Assembly (NCBI RefSeq): GCF_034039665.1 | Contig: NZ_CP120131.1 | Location: 1,008,446-1,040,445 of the forward strand | Source: Mammaliicoccus sp. Dog046 | Lineage (GTDB): Bacteria; Bacillota; Bacilli; Staphylococcales; Staphylococcaceae | Length of the DNA stretch: 32,000 nt | Direction of reading: 5' to 3' | Part shown: positions 10,066-20,561 of the stretch, piece after piece | Layout of the letters: each line of letters starts with the position of its first letter | How positions within the stretch are numbered: the stretch's first letter is position 1 | Position numbers and translations under genes: made by a program | The notes under the pieces: generated by a model | Databases searched by the model: none | What the model was told of the DNA's origin: nothing | What the model saw: the letters and a program-made list of their open reading frames with translations, nothing else

Positions 10066-11082
10066 ATGGGGAATTTAAAATCTTTTTTTAATAGGACGAT
10101 TATTGATGGATTGAGTTATATGGCACTAGGTTTATTTAGTACATTAATTGTAGGTCTCATTATTGAAACGTTGGGACATACTTTAAATACATATTTCGAT
10201 ACGTCCTTATTAATAGAAATTGGCAAACTTGCTCAGCAGTTAACTGGTGCAGGTGTAGGGGTGGCAGTGAGTTATGGATTAGGTGCTTCACCGCTAATCA
10301 TTTTTGCAACAGCAGTAACAGGTATGTACGGTTATGAGCAAGGTGGTGCAGTTGGTAGTTATTTATCATCTGTATTTGCCAGTGAACTTGGTCGGTTTTA
10401 TTCTGGTAAGACTAAAATTGATATTATTTTATCGCCAATTTTAACTTTAATAATTGGTACGTGTATAGCAAAATTTATAGCACCATTTATAGATGTATTT
10501 ATGAAACAACTAGGAAGTTGGATTCAATTAAGCACGGAACAACAGCCATTATTAATGGGTATGTTTGTTAGTTTACTTGTTGGTATTACGTTAAGTAGTC
10601 CAATTTCAAGTGCAGCATTATCGTTAATGCTAGGTTTAAGTGGTACAGCCGCTGCTGCTGCAACAATCGGTGGTTGTTGTCACATGATTGGATTTGCGGT
10701 TACGAGTTATAAAGATAATGGTATTTCAGGTGTCATCGCGCATGGTATCGGAACGAGTAAATTACAAATTCCAAATTACTTGAAGCAACCATTTATTTTA
10801 ATTCCACCTGTTGTGGCAAGTATAATTGTGGCGCCTATTATGACAGTATTCTGGCCGATGGAGAACAATGCAGCGGGTGCTGGAATGGGGTCAAGTGGAC
10901 TTGTAGGTCAAATTATGACAATAAAAACAATGGGTTCAAGTACTGAAGTTTGGTTACAGATTGCCTTTTTCCACTTTTTATTACCAGCAGTAATCAGTCT
11001 GTTTGTTTACCACATACTCAAAAAATATAATATAATTAAAGACGGGCAACAAAAATTAATGATTGGAAGTGTGAAAAAATGA
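10066..11082 (+). CDS. PTS sugar transporter subunit IIC-like membrane protein (PTS_EIIC_2-type)
   Basis: 338 aa polytopic protein with Gly/Ala-rich TM segments and GVIAHGIGTSKLQIPN; no linked EIIA/EIIB. Confidence 0.75.
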   Translation: MGNLKSFFNRTIIDGLSYMALGLFSTLIVGLIIETLGHTLNTYFDTSLLIEIGKLAQQLTGAGVGVAVSYGLGASPLIIFATAVTGMYGYEQGGAVGSYLSSVFASELGRFYSGKTKIDIILSPILTLIIGTCIAKFIAPFIDVFMKQLGSWIQLSTEQQPLLMGMFVSLLVGITLSSPISSAALSLMLGLSGTAAAAATIGGCCHMIGFAVTSYKDNGISGVIAHGIGTSKLQIPNYLKQPFILIPPVVASIIVAPIMTVFWPMENNAAGAGMGSSGLVGQIMTIKTMGSSTEVWLQIAFFHFLLPAVISLFVYHILKKYNIIKDGQQKLMIGSVKK

Positions 11083-11393
11083 AACAATTAACATCAATGG
11101 AAGAATTTAAAACATTAACAAATGAACCTACTATTTTTATGTTTACAGCATCTTGGTGTCCGGATTGTCATTTTATTGATCCTGAATTACCAGATTTAGA
11201 AGCTAAATATAATCAATATCAATTTGTTTCAGTTGATAGAGATCAATTTATCGATTTATGCCAAGAAGTTGATGTCATGGGTATTCCTAGTTTTATTGCA
11301 TATGATAAACAACAAGAACTTGGTAGATATGTCGGCAAAGAAAGAAAAACAATTCCACAAATCAGTGAATTTATAGATGGATTAACAAAATAA
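11079..11393 (+). CDS. Thioredoxin family protein (YtpP-like)
   Basis: MFTASWCPDCHFIDPE active site and cis-Pro region MGIPSFIAY. Confidence 0.9.
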   Translation: MKQLTSMEEFKTLTNEPTIFMFTASWCPDCHFIDPELPDLEAKYNQYQFVSVDRDQFIDLCQEVDVMGIPSFIAYDKQQELGRYVGKERKTIPQISEFIDGLTK

Positions 11394-11400
11394 AAGATAT

Positions 11401-11451
11401 AAAAAAACAGGTCGGATAAAAGTTACTTTTATTTTCGAATAGCCTGTTTTT
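11401..11451 (+). terminator. Intrinsic terminator after the thioredoxin-like gene
   Basis: AAAAAACAGG...CCTGTTTTTT with inner ATAAAAGT-T-ACTTTTAT. Confidence 0.65.
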
Positions 11452-11548
11452 TTTATTTTGCAGAAGTTGAAATATATAAGTTTATCACTGTTACATCATG
11501 ATGTTTTGTTGTAAACTATAGAGAGGTATAAAATTAGGAGTGTTATAA

Positions 11549-12424
11549 ATGAATGTCTTTCAAATGAGAGATTTATTGAAGCAAAGATTGAAATCATTAA
11601 ATGCAAATTTTAAATTTGATCGCGAAGATGAAAGTTTAAGAATCGAGCGAGTTGATAATCAAAAAGGTCTCTCTGTTAAATTAGCACCAATCATTGCTAA
11701 GTATAAAGACAACGGTGATAAAACGATTGATGAAATTGTTTATTACGTAACAGAGACGATTAATGCAATGCAAGATGAATCTACTAAAGAAGTTAATAAA
11801 ATAGAAATACTACCTGTTATACGTTCAACGAGTTTCCATAAAGAAACGAAAGAGGGGAGACTCTTTATAATCGATGAACATACGGCAGAAACAAATATTT
11901 ACTATGCTTTGGATTTAGGCAATACGTATCGTCTTATCGATGAATCAATGCGTACGGACCTCAAATTAACAAACGAACAAATTAAAGAACAAGCTTTATT
12001 TAATATTAAAAAAAGACCAACAACATATAAAACTGATGAATTACAAGGTAATATATTCTACTTTGTAAATACGAATGACGGTTATGATGCATCACGCATT
12101 TTAAATCAATCATTTTTAAAAGATGTTTTTAATAATATTGAGGGAGAAATGCTTCTAGCGACACCTCATCAAGATGTACTAGTAATATGTGATATTAGAA
12201 ATGAAATTGGCTATGATATTGTGGCACAAATGACTATGCAATTTTTCCAAAATGGTCTCGTACCGATTACATCATTATCGTTCTCGTACACACCTGAAAA
12301 AGATTTAGAACCTATATTTATTTTAGGGAAAAATCATTCACGTAAACGAAACCAAGAAGTGATTGATCGACTTGAAAAAAACAGGGAAATATTTAAACAA
12401 ATGAAATCAAATGAGAAGAAATGA
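11549..12424 (+). CDS. DUF1444 family protein (YtpQ-like)
   Basis: 291 aa ORF in ytpP-ytpQ-ytpR order; family called from memory plus synteny. Confidence 0.8.
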   Translation: MNVFQMRDLLKQRLKSLNANFKFDREDESLRIERVDNQKGLSVKLAPIIAKYKDNGDKTIDEIVYYVTETINAMQDESTKEVNKIEILPVIRSTSFHKETKEGRLFIIDEHTAETNIYYALDLGNTYRLIDESMRTDLKLTNEQIKEQALFNIKKRPTTYKTDELQGNIFYFVNTNDGYDASRILNQSFLKDVFNNIEGEMLLATPHQDVLVICDIRNEIGYDIVAQMTMQFFQNGLVPITSLSFSYTPEKDLEPIFILGKNHSRKRNQEVIDRLEKNREIFKQMKSNEKK

Positions 12425-12439
12425 TAAGGAGCTTATAAA

Positions 12440-13045
12440 ATGAATTTATTTTACAACAAACACGGCGTAGGGGACGTATTAATGGTTACAATTGAACCTA
12501 CAAATGAAAACTTAGAATATACATTAAAAAAAGACATCACAATTATTAAGAGTGACGATAAAATCGTTGGATTTAACATTTTTAACGCTTCTAAGTACGT
12601 TCAAATAGAAGGTGCTGGCAATATCAAAACTGAAGAAAAACATATAAGTAGCATTCAAGATTTATTAGAAAGTGAAAGCATCGATTATAAATTAGATGTT
12701 GACTTGTCACCTAAATTTGTAATAGGGTATGTAAAAGAAAAATCAAAGCATCCTGATGCTGATAAATTATCAGTGTGCCAAGTTGATGTTGGTAATGAAA
12801 CATTACAAATTGTTTGTGGTGCGCCAAACATAGATCAAGATCAAAAAGTAGTAGTCGCTAAAGTTGGCGCTGTAATGCCGAGCGGTATGCTTATTAAAGA
12901 TGCGGAATTACGTGGTGTTCCATCAAGTGGCATGATTTGTTCAATGAAAGAACTTGAATTGGAAGGTGCCCCAAAAGAAAAAGGTATAATGGTATTAGAT
13001 GATAGTTATACTGTAGGAACACCATTCTTTGAAGACGAAAGGTAG
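12440..13045 (+). CDS. YtpR-like tRNA-binding domain protein
   Basis: C-terminal EMAP/tRNA-binding domain motif [33 protein letters not shown]...[14 protein letters not shown]. Confidence 0.9.
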   Translation: MNLFYNKHGVGDVLMVTIEPTNENLEYTLKKDITIIKSDDKIVGFNIFNASKYVQIEGAGNIKTEEKHISSIQDLLESESIDYKLDVDLSPKFVIGYVKEKSKHPDADKLSVCQVDVGNETLQIVCGAPNIDQDQKVVVAKVGAVMPSGMLIKDAELRGVPSSGMICSMKELELEGAPKEKGIMVLDDSYTVGTPFFEDER

Positions 13046-13052
13046 TGAACCT

Positions 13053-16000
13053 ATGAGTTGGTTTGATGATATATTCGGTCAATCTAAAGATAATCAAAAA
13101 AATGAAAAACCAAATAATCAAAATTCATCTGTAGATTATGAAGCTGAAAATGAGCCTGGTACTGATGAAGTCTATAAAAGACCGAAAGGTAAATTTAGGT
13201 TTCCGATACAAATGGAATATGAAGCATCTGATGAAGAAGTAAATAATCAAATGCATGAAAATACTGATGATTATGAACGTGAACAGTCAGATCAAAGATT
13301 TTATGTAGAAAAAGAACCTTCTTATTCTACAAATAGAAGAAGACGTAGAAGAAATCAAAATAGTGGTCAACAATCGTTTAATCAACAAGAGAGTAAAAGT
13401 AATAAAGGATATCGTTCAAATAATAATTATTCTTCTTATGAACCACAATCAAAAGCAAACAAACGTAGTAGTTATAAATACCAAGAAGATACTGACTTTA
13501 ATGAAAGATTGAATTCATTACATCAACCTAAATTTAAAGCGTCAGAAGTACCTTCTGCAATTTTTGGTATGAGAAAACAAAAAGATGTTCCAAATAGTGG
13601 CTTAAGAGATCATCATACGTCACAGGAATCAACACGCCCTGATTCTGAGCAAAGTCATGTTCAAAAATCAGAAACTAACAATACAAATCAAAATGATACT
13701 AAGCAATCTGTACAAGAAGTTCCAAACTATTCTAAAACAGATAATACGATTAATATCGAAAATATTTATGCTTCTCAAATTGTATCTGAGATAAGAAAAG
13801 AACGTGAAAAGAAACTTCAAAAGAAAAAACAATTTGAACAAGCATTGAAAGAAAAACGTGAAAAAGAACGACAAAATTCAACAACGCCAGAAGAACATTC
13901 ACAAGTTGAAAATCAAGATTACTTATTGAAACAACGAGCATCGTTTATTAAACAAGATCCTGATGAGCGTTCAAATGCTGATGATACGACTTCTGAGGCG
14001 TTGAATGATCAGCAAGAGGACGTAATGTCATTACAACCAGATGTAAATGATTTAACTACATATGAATTTAAAGAAATAAATTTAGATTTTGAGGAAGAAA
14101 CGCCTGTAAATCAAAATGAAAGCAATGAATATGAAGATGTTGAAACAAGCGAAATAACTTCTGAAATAAATGAAGCGTATGAAGAAACAGCAACTTCGGA
14201 TGATCAATTTGATATAGAAGATATAGAGCTCGAAGAACAACCAGATGAAGTAACATCTAATATTGACCTTACATTTGAAGAAGAACCAACAACTGAAGAA
14301 TCGGTTGATGAAGTAGAAACTTTCGAAGATACAAATAGCGTGAATGATACACAACAAGAAGAAACAAATATTGAAGAAGCTGAACATGTCTATGAAAATG
14401 AACATGAAGTCTTTGATTCACAAGAACAAGAACTAACTTTTTATAATGATGAATCGGATGAATCATCATATAATGTAGAAGACGTTGAAGTAGTAGAAGA
14501 AGTGGATGAAGAGCTAGACCCAGAACTGGAACAAGAACAAGAGGCAGAAACAGTTATTGAAAGTATTTCAAATGATGAAGAGAAACAAGCAGAAGTGATT
14601 GACGTTTCTCCAGAACAAGTTAATGAAGAACAAGAAGTGACTTCAACTGAGCCAATTTCTCAAGAAGAAGTGAAACCATCACTTGAACCAGTACTTAAAC
14701 CGAGTGGTAGTAGAACATCTTCTCCATTTAATGTTGTAATGACACCTTCAGATAAACGGAAAAATCAACTATTTAAAAAAGCTAGTAGTCCACAATTAAA
14801 AGTAAATCAATCCTCAACTCTAGATCAGGAGAAGGAATCTGAAGAGACTAATGAAGAAAATGAAACACAACCTACTAAACGAAAAGGGCCACTTTATGTG
14901 TTACCACCAGTATCTATACTAGATGATGTAGTAGAACAAGAAGATAATACAGAATGGTTAGAAGAGAAGAAAGAAGAACTAAATGAAGCATTTTATCATT
15001 TTAATGTTCCTGCGAAAGTTGTGAATATGATACAAGGACCAACAGTAACTAGATTTGAATTATCTGTTGAAAAAGGTGTGAAAGTGTCTCGTATAACGGC
15101 ACTTCAAGATGATATAAAAATGGCATTGGCAGCTAAAGATATAAGAATTGAAGCACCTATACCAGGTACGAACTTAGTAGGAATTGAAGTACCAAATCAA
15201 GATCCTAAGAAAATTCCACTTGGTCAAATGATTACTTCGAAGGCATTTCAACAAGCTGAGAGTAAATTAACAGTTGCAATGGGCTTCAAAATTAATAACG
15301 AACCTTTATTAATGGATATTGCTAAAACGCCGCATGCGCTTATTGCCGGTGCAACAGGATCTGGTAAATCTGTGTGTATTAATGCGATTTTAACAAGCTT
15401 ATTATATAAGAATCATCCAGATGAATTGAAATTGTTATTGATTGACCCTAAAATGGTAGAACTTGCGCCATATAATGATTTGCCACATTTAGTTGCACCA
15501 GTGATTACAGATGTAAAAGCAGCAACTGCGAGTTTAAAATGGGCAGTTGAAGAAATGGAAAGAAGATACAAAAGATTTGCAGAATTGCATGTAAGAAACA
15601 TTACTGCATTTAATAAGAAAGCAAATTATGAGCAAAGAATGGCAAAAATCATTATAGTTATAGATGAACTTGCTGATTTAATGATGATGTCACCTCAAGA
15701 AGTAGAACAATCTATTGCTAGAATTGCTCAAAAAGCAAGAGCATGTGGTATTCATATGATTCTTGCAACACAAAGACCTTCAGTTAATGTTATAACTGGA
15801 TTAATTAAGGCAAATGTACCAACTAGAATTTCATTTATGGTATCATCTTCAATAGACTCTAGAACGATTCTTGATGTTGGCGGAGCAGAAAAATTACTCG
15901 GCAACGGTGATATGTTGTATCTTGGTAATGGTATGAATAAACCAATCAGGGTTCAAGGTGCTTTTGTGTCAGATGATGAAATTGATGAAACAGTATCGAA

Positions 16001-16292
16001 TGTAAGTAGTCAAATGAAACCAAACTATTTATTCAAGGAAGAATCTTTATTAAAAAAAGTAAATGAACAACCAGCAGACGCATTATTTGATGATGTTTGT
16101 GAATTTATGGTAAATGAAGGTCATATATCTACTTCATTGATACAACGACATTTCCAAATTGGCTATAATAGAGCAGCTCGAATGATAGATAATTTAGAAG
16201 AAAGAGGATTTATTTCAGGTCCGAATGGTTCTAAACCTAGAGATGTTTTAATTACTAAAGATATGATAGAAGAAAATGAAACTAACATATAA
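13053..16292 (+). CDS. DNA translocase of the FtsK/SpoIIIE family (YtpT-like), without obvious N-terminal TM helices and with a long acidic linker
   Basis: Walker A GATGSGKSV, Walker B IIVIDELADLMM, C-terminal gamma winged helix (LIQRHFQIGYNRAARMIDNLEERGFI). The track start is TTG 13029; ATG 13053 (MSWFDDIFG) is more likely. Confidence 0.93.
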   Translation: MSWFDDIFGQSKDNQKNEKPNNQNSSVDYEAENEPGTDEVYKRPKGKFRFPIQMEYEASDEEVNNQMHENTDDYEREQSDQRFYVEKEPSYSTNRRRRRRNQNSGQQSFNQQESKSNKGYRSNNNYSSYEPQSKANKRSSYKYQEDTDFNERLNSLHQPKFKASEVPSAIFGMRKQKDVPNSGLRDHHTSQESTRPDSEQSHVQKSETNNTNQNDTKQSVQEVPNYSKTDNTINIENIYASQIVSEIRKEREKKLQKKKQFEQALKEKREKERQNSTTPEEHSQVENQDYLLKQRASFIKQDPDERSNADDTTSEALNDQQEDVMSLQPDVNDLTTYEFKEINLDFEEETPVNQNESNEYEDVETSEITSEINEAYEETATSDDQFDIEDIELEEQPDEVTSNIDLTFEEEPTTEESVDEVETFEDTNSVNDTQQEETNIEEAEHVYENEHEVFDSQEQELTFYNDESDESSYNVEDVEVVEEVDEELDPELEQEQEAETVIESISNDEEKQAEVIDVSPEQVNEEQEVTSTEPISQEEVKPSLEPVLKPSGSRTSSPFNVVMTPSDKRKNQLFKKASSPQLKVNQSSTLDQEKESEETNEENETQPTKRKGPLYVLPPVSILDDVVEQEDNTEWLEEKKEELNEAFYHFNVPAKVVNMIQGPTVTRFELSVEKGVKVSRITALQDDIKMALAAKDIRIEAPIPGTNLVGIEVPNQDPKKIPLGQMITSKAFQQAESKLTVAMGFKINNEPLLMDIAKTPHALIAGATGSGKSVCINAILTSLLYKNHPDELKLLLIDPKMVELAPYNDLPHLVAPVITDVKAATASLKWAVEEMERRYKRFAELHVRNITAFNKKANYEQRMAKIIIVIDELADLMMMSPQEVEQSIARIAQKARACGIHMILATQRPSVNVITGLIKANVPTRISFMVSSSIDSRTILDVGGAEKLLGNGDMLYLGNGMNKPIRVQGAFVSDDEIDETVSNVSSQMKPNYLFKEESLLKKVNEQPADALFDDVCEFMVNEGHISTSLIQRHFQIGYNRAARMIDNLEERGFISGPNGSKPRDVLITKDMIEENETNI

Positions 16293-16314
16293 GAAATAGA
16301 AGGAGTGACATGAA

Positions 16315-17622
16315 ATGACATTATATCATTTTGTTGGAATTAAAGGTGCAGGGATGAGTTCATTAGCGCAAATCATGCATGATATGGGCCATAGCGTTCA
16401 AGGTTCTGATATTGAGAATACAGTTTTTACAGAAGTTGCATTGCGAAATAAAGGCATTAAAATATTGCCATTTGACGTTGAAAATGTACAAGAAGGAATG
16501 ACAATGATAGCAGGAAATGCATTTCCTGATACACATCCAGAAATTGCGAAAGCCTATGAGTTAGGTATTGAAGTTAAACGTTATCATATATTCTTAGGTG
16601 AATTTATGTCTCAATATACTTCTGTAGCTGTAACAGGTGCACACGGTAAAACATCAACTACTGGTCTATTATCACACGTAATGAACGGTGATAAAAAGAC
16701 GTCATTCTTAATTGGTGACGGTACAGGTATGGGTATGCCAGATAGTAGTTATTTTGCTTTTGAAGCATGTGAATATAGAAGGCATTTCTTAAGTTATTAT
16801 CCTGATTACGCAATTATGACGAATATTGACTTTGATCATCCTGATTACTTTAAAGATTTACAAGATGTTACAAACGCATTCCAAGAAATGGCGAATAATG
16901 TCCGAAAAGGAATTGTCGCTTGGGGTAATGATACAGAACTTAAAAAAATACAAGCAGATGTTCCAATCTATTTCTATGGTTTTGAGAACGACAATGATAT
17001 ATATGCTGAAAACATAGAAACATCATCAAAAGGAACAACATTTGATGTTTACTTTAAAGAAGGCAAAAAACATATTGGTACATTTACGACGCCTATGTAC
17101 GGTGATCACCATGTACTTAATGCATTAGCTGTTATTGCTGTTTGTCACTTAGAGAAATTAGATATTGAAAATATAAGAGAAGCACTTTTAACTTTCGGTG
17201 GCGTTAAACGTAGATTTAGTGAAAGTTATCATGCTAATCAAATCCTAATTGATGATTATGCACATCATCCTAGAGAGATCAATGCTACAATTGAATCAGC
17301 AAGAAAAAAATATCCTGAAAATGAAGTTATTGCTGTATTCCAGCCACATACATTTTCTAGAACTGAAACGTTCTTAAATGAATTTGCAGAAAGTTTAAAT
17401 CGTGCAGATAAAGTATACTTATGTGACATTTTCGGATCTATTAGAGAACAACAAGGTGAATTAACGATTTATGATTTGAAAGACCTTGTAGAGAATTCAG
17501 ATTTAATTAATGAAGAAACAGTTTCTCAACTCAATAAACATACTAATGGTGTTATACTATTTATGGGTGCTGGAGACATTCAAAAGATACAAAAAGCTTA
17601 TGTTTCTACACTAACAGTTTAA
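16315..17622 (+). CDS. murC: UDP-N-acetylmuramate--L-alanine ligase
   Basis: [37 protein letters not shown]. Confidence 0.97.
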   Translation: MTLYHFVGIKGAGMSSLAQIMHDMGHSVQGSDIENTVFTEVALRNKGIKILPFDVENVQEGMTMIAGNAFPDTHPEIAKAYELGIEVKRYHIFLGEFMSQYTSVAVTGAHGKTSTTGLLSHVMNGDKKTSFLIGDGTGMGMPDSSYFAFEACEYRRHFLSYYPDYAIMTNIDFDHPDYFKDLQDVTNAFQEMANNVRKGIVAWGNDTELKKIQADVPIYFYGFENDNDIYAENIETSSKGTTFDVYFKEGKKHIGTFTTPMYGDHHVLNALAVIAVCHLEKLDIENIREALLTFGGVKRRFSESYHANQILIDDYAHHPREINATIESARKKYPENEVIAVFQPHTFSRTETFLNEFAESLNRADKVYLCDIFGSIREQQGELTIYDLKDLVENSDLINEETVSQLNKHTNGVILFMGAGDIQKIQKAYVSTLTV

Positions 17623-17712
17623 CCAATATATGTTTATACTAAGTGATTGAGGGTATAATTTATTAGTAAATCATATAATTTTTAGTTTTTTAAATATTAG
17701 GAGGCGTTTAGT

Positions 17713-18264
17713 ATGGATTGGTTATTACCATTAGCAGGTATTATTGCTGCTGTTGCATTTCTTGTAATCTGTGTTGTTTTAGCACTATTCTTAATGCAAC
17801 TATTAAAGACAGTTAAAGGGATCAATGAAACATTAGATGGCATTCAAGGCCAAATTCAAGGTATTACGCGTGAATCTACAGATTTACTGCACAAAGCAAA
17901 CCGCTTAACTGAAGATATTCAAGATAAATCTTTACGATTAAATTCAGTTGTAGATGCAGTTAAAGGTGTTGGAGATTCAGTTCAAACATTGAATACTTCA
18001 GTAGATAGAGTTACAAATTCTATCACACACAATATCTCTCAAAATGAAGATAAGATTTCACAAGTGGTACAATGGTCTAACGTTGCAATGGAAGTTGCAG
18101 ATAAATGGCAATTAAGAAGAGATCGTAGAAGTCACGTATCATTTAAAAATAATGCTACTACTTCTAAAGATTTTGAAGCAAAAGTACCAAAAGATTATAA
18201 TGAAAAATCAACAACAGGTGACAACCTGGATGAAGATAAAATTAATGCAGGATTAAACAAATAA
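17713..18264 (+). CDS. DUF948 domain-containing protein (YtxG-like)
   Basis: N-terminal TM helix followed by a coiled-coil segment TLDGIQGQIQGITRESTDLLHKANRLTEDIQDK; directly upstream of a YtxH-like gene. Confidence 0.85.
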   Translation: MDWLLPLAGIIAAVAFLVICVVLALFLMQLLKTVKGINETLDGIQGQIQGITRESTDLLHKANRLTEDIQDKSLRLNSVVDAVKGVGDSVQTLNTSVDRVTNSITHNISQNEDKISQVVQWSNVAMEVADKWQLRRDRRSHVSFKNNATTSKDFEAKVPKDYNEKSTTGDNLDEDKINAGLNK

Positions 18265-18309
18265 TTTTATCTTTGCAATACAATTAGAATCACTTAACTT
18301 AAGGAATAA

Positions 18310-18340
18310 AGGCTGAGGCATTTATGTCCCAGCCTCTTAT
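18310..18340 (+). terminator. Terminator-like hairpin between the ytxG-like and ytxH-like genes
   Basis: AGGCTGAGGCAT...ATGTCCCAGCCT followed by CTTATTTT. Confidence 0.6.
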
Positions 18341-18366
18341 TTTAATTAATCTAGGAGGAATATAAA

Positions 18367-18939
18367 ATGGAAAACAAATACAATAGAGATTTATATACAC
18401 ATGGTTTAGAAACATATGAAGCAGAATATGAGAAAAACACAAACGGCAGAGACTTCGTATTTGGTGTTGTCTTAGGTACAGTAGTAGGTGGATTAGTAGG
18501 ATTATTACTTGCACCTAAACCAGGTAAAGAATTACAAGGTGACTTAAGTGAAAAATCTAATAAAATTTTAGATGATGTGAAAACAAAAACTGATGAATTA
18601 AAAGTACAAGCACAATCTAAAGCAGAAGAAATTCGCACTCAAGCTGAAGATAAAAAAGTAGAAGTTAAAACAAAAGTAGAAGAGAAAAAACAACAAGCTT
18701 CTGCAAAAACTGAAGAAGTTAAAGCTAAAGCAGAAGAAAAGAAAACTGAAACAAAGAAAAAAGCTGAAGAAGTTAAATCTAAACAAGCTGAGAAAAAAGC
18801 TAACAAAGGTGTAGTAACAGCTGATGACGTTGATAACGAAGAATTAAAAGCACAAAAAGGTGCAATTAAATCTGAAGTTAAAGATGAAGACTTAAAAGGT
18901 CCAAAAACAGTAGTAGAAAAGAAATCATTTGATAAGTAA
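18367..18939 (+). CDS. YtxH domain-containing general stress-like protein with a Lys/Glu-rich repetitive tail
   Basis: DFVFGVVLGTVVGGLVGLLLAPKPGKELQGDLSEK, then KAEEKKTETKKKAEEVKSKQAEKK repeats. Confidence 0.9.
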   Translation: MENKYNRDLYTHGLETYEAEYEKNTNGRDFVFGVVLGTVVGGLVGLLLAPKPGKELQGDLSEKSNKILDDVKTKTDELKVQAQSKAEEIRTQAEDKKVEVKTKVEEKKQQASAKTEEVKAKAEEKKTETKKKAEEVKSKQAEKKANKGVVTADDVDNEELKAQKGAIKSEVKDEDLKGPKTVVEKKSFDK

Positions 18940-18950
18940 ATATTAATGTA

Positions 18951-18996
18951 CGAAGAGTCTGGAATTTAATTGAACAATTATGTTCCAGGCTCTTCG
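18951..18996 (+). terminator. Intrinsic terminator downstream of the ytxH-like gene
   Basis: CGAAGAGTCTGGAA...TTCCAGGCTCTTCG (one G.U pair) followed by TTATTTAT. Confidence 0.8.
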
Positions 18997-19096
18997 TTAT
19001 TTATATATAAATACATATTTGTTAATTACATTCACTTGAAAATAGCTTACAATTATTAAGAAGAGTAAGAAATTTTCGGAAAATAATATTTAAGGG

Positions 19097-19125
19097 TTGA
19101 ATCCATGCTTTTAAATTGTTATACT
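19097..19125 (+). promoter_or_regulatory. Putative sigma-A promoter for aroA
   Basis: TTGAAT (19097-19102), 17-bp spacer, TATACT (19120-19125). Confidence 0.6.
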
Positions 19126-19187
19126 AACACCTAATTACTTATATATTTTATCGCTTTAAAGTATGTGAGTTAAATTGTCTACATGAG

Positions 19188-20276
19188 GTGAATAGGATGT
19201 CAAAAGAATTAGAAAGCTTAAGAGAAAGAATAGAAGTTATAAATGACGAAATATTGGCTTTATTGTCAGAACGTGGTCATTTAGCTAAAAAGATCGGTGA
19301 AGAAAAAAGAAAACAAGGTACTCAAGTATATGATCCACAACGTGAAAAAGAAATGTTGAATCATTTAATTGATAAAAATGAAGGACCTTATAACGATAAT
19401 ACAATTAAACAATTGTTTAAAGAAATATTCAAAGCTTCAACAGATTTACAAAAATCTGAGAACGAAAAACATTTATATGTATCACGTAAATTAAAACCAG
19501 AAGATACAATCGTACAATTCGATAACGGTGCAATTATTGGCGATGGTAATAAATCATTCGTATTTGGTCCATGTTCTGTTGAATCACAAGAACAAGTTGA
19601 TATTGTAGCTAAAGATTTAGCTGATAGAGGAGAGAAATTTATAAGAGGTGGCGCATTCAAACCACGTACATCTCCATATGATTTCCAAGGATTAGGTGAA
19701 GAAGGATTACAAATTCTTAAAAACTCTAAAGATAAATACGGTTTAAATGTTGTAAGTGAAATCGTTAATCCTGCTCATTTCGAAATGGCAGATCAATATT
19801 TAGATGTATTCCAAATCGGTGCAAGAAACATGCAAAACTTTGAATTATTAAAAGAAGCAGGTAAAACAAATAAACCTATTTTATTAAAACGTGGTTTATC
19901 AGCAACGATTGAAGAATTTATTTACGCTGCAGAATACATTCACTCACAAGGTAATAGTAATATTATTTTATGTGAACGTGGTATTAGAACATACGAAAAA
20001 GCAACAAGAAATACATTAGATATTTCAGCTGTTCCAATCTTAAAACAAGGTACACATTTACCAGTAATGGTTGATGTTACGCATAGTACTGGTCGTAAAG
20101 ACATTATGTTACCATGTGCTAAAGCAGCACTTGCAGTTGGTGCAGATGGCGTAATGGCAGAAGTACACCCTGATCCATCAGTAGCATTAAGTGATGCAGG
20201 ACAACAAATGGATTTAAATGAATTTGACGCTTTCTACAAAGAAATCACTCAATCTGCTAAATTATACAATAAATAA
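19188..20276 (+). CDS. aroA: Bifunctional chorismate mutase / 3-deoxy-7-phosphoheptulonate synthase
   Basis: N-terminal AroQ chorismate mutase-like segment; [39 protein letters not shown]. Confidence 0.95.
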   Translation: MNRMSKELESLRERIEVINDEILALLSERGHLAKKIGEEKRKQGTQVYDPQREKEMLNHLIDKNEGPYNDNTIKQLFKEIFKASTDLQKSENEKHLYVSRKLKPEDTIVQFDNGAIIGDGNKSFVFGPCSVESQEQVDIVAKDLADRGEKFIRGGAFKPRTSPYDFQGLGEEGLQILKNSKDKYGLNVVSEIVNPAHFEMADQYLDVFQIGARNMQNFELLKEAGKTNKPILLKRGLSATIEEFIYAAEYIHSQGNSNIILCERGIRTYEKATRNTLDISAVPILKQGTHLPVMVDVTHSTGRKDIMLPCAKAALAVGADGVMAEVHPDPSVALSDAGQQMDLNEFDAFYKEITQSAKLYNK

Positions 20277-20310
20277 ATTAGTATCCAGGTTTAAAAATTA
20301 ATAACCTCAT

Positions 20311-20372
20311 AACGGAAGTAAAATGAAACAATCTAAGACTATTTTAGATTTCCATTTTACTTCCGTTTTTTG
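20311..20372 (+). terminator. Compound intrinsic terminator downstream of aroA
   Basis: AACGGAAGTAAAATG...CATTTTACTTCCGTT outer stem, AATCTAA...TTAGATT inner stem, T-run. Confidence 0.85.
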
Positions 20373-20498
20373 TTTATAAACGTGTTTTCAGAAAAAGAAT
20401 TTACATATTACAATTTTGTGTAATTATTCGTGCAATTATGTCGACAAGTAAGATTTAATATTTTATAATTGGTAATTGTGAGTTCGCTTCCATATACT

Positions 20499-20527
20499 TT
20501 GAAAACATTATGAAAACGTGATATTAT
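20499..20527 (+). promoter_or_regulatory. Putative sigma-A promoter for ccpA
   Basis: TTGAAA (20499-20504), 17-bp spacer, TATTAT (20522-20527). Confidence 0.5.
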
Positions 20528-20531
20528 ATAC

Positions 20532-20547
20532 TAGAAAACGTTTTCAA
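20532..20547 (+). promoter_or_regulatory. Putative cre (CcpA-binding) site upstream of ccpA
   Basis: TAGAAAACGTTTTCAA versus WTGNNARCGNWWWCAW: one mismatch; core GAAAACGTTTTC is a perfect palindrome. Confidence 0.7.
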
Positions 20548-20561
20548 CGAAGGAGGATATT

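Noticed and set aside
12894-13121. 75-aa minus-strand ORF over the ytpR-like/ftsK junction
   Set aside because: Opposite conserved coding sequence on both sides; no evidence of function.
13668-14469. Antisense ORFs (13668-13874, 13750-13941, 14068-14256, 14082-14405, 14269-14469) opposite the FtsK-family linker
   Set aside because: They are Phe/Leu/His-rich mirror frames of a Glu/Gln-rich coding region, with no SD or homology signal. The gene on the plus strand explains them.
18351-18786. Antisense ORFs opposite the ytxH-like gene
   Set aside because: Poly-Phe/Ser translations produced by the Lys/Glu-rich repeats of the sense gene.
20510-20525. Second cre-like site ATGAAAACGTGATATT upstream of ccpA
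   Set aside because: The left half matches, but the right half fails the cre consensus at several positions, and it overlaps the -35/-10 spacer. Not supportable as a separate site.
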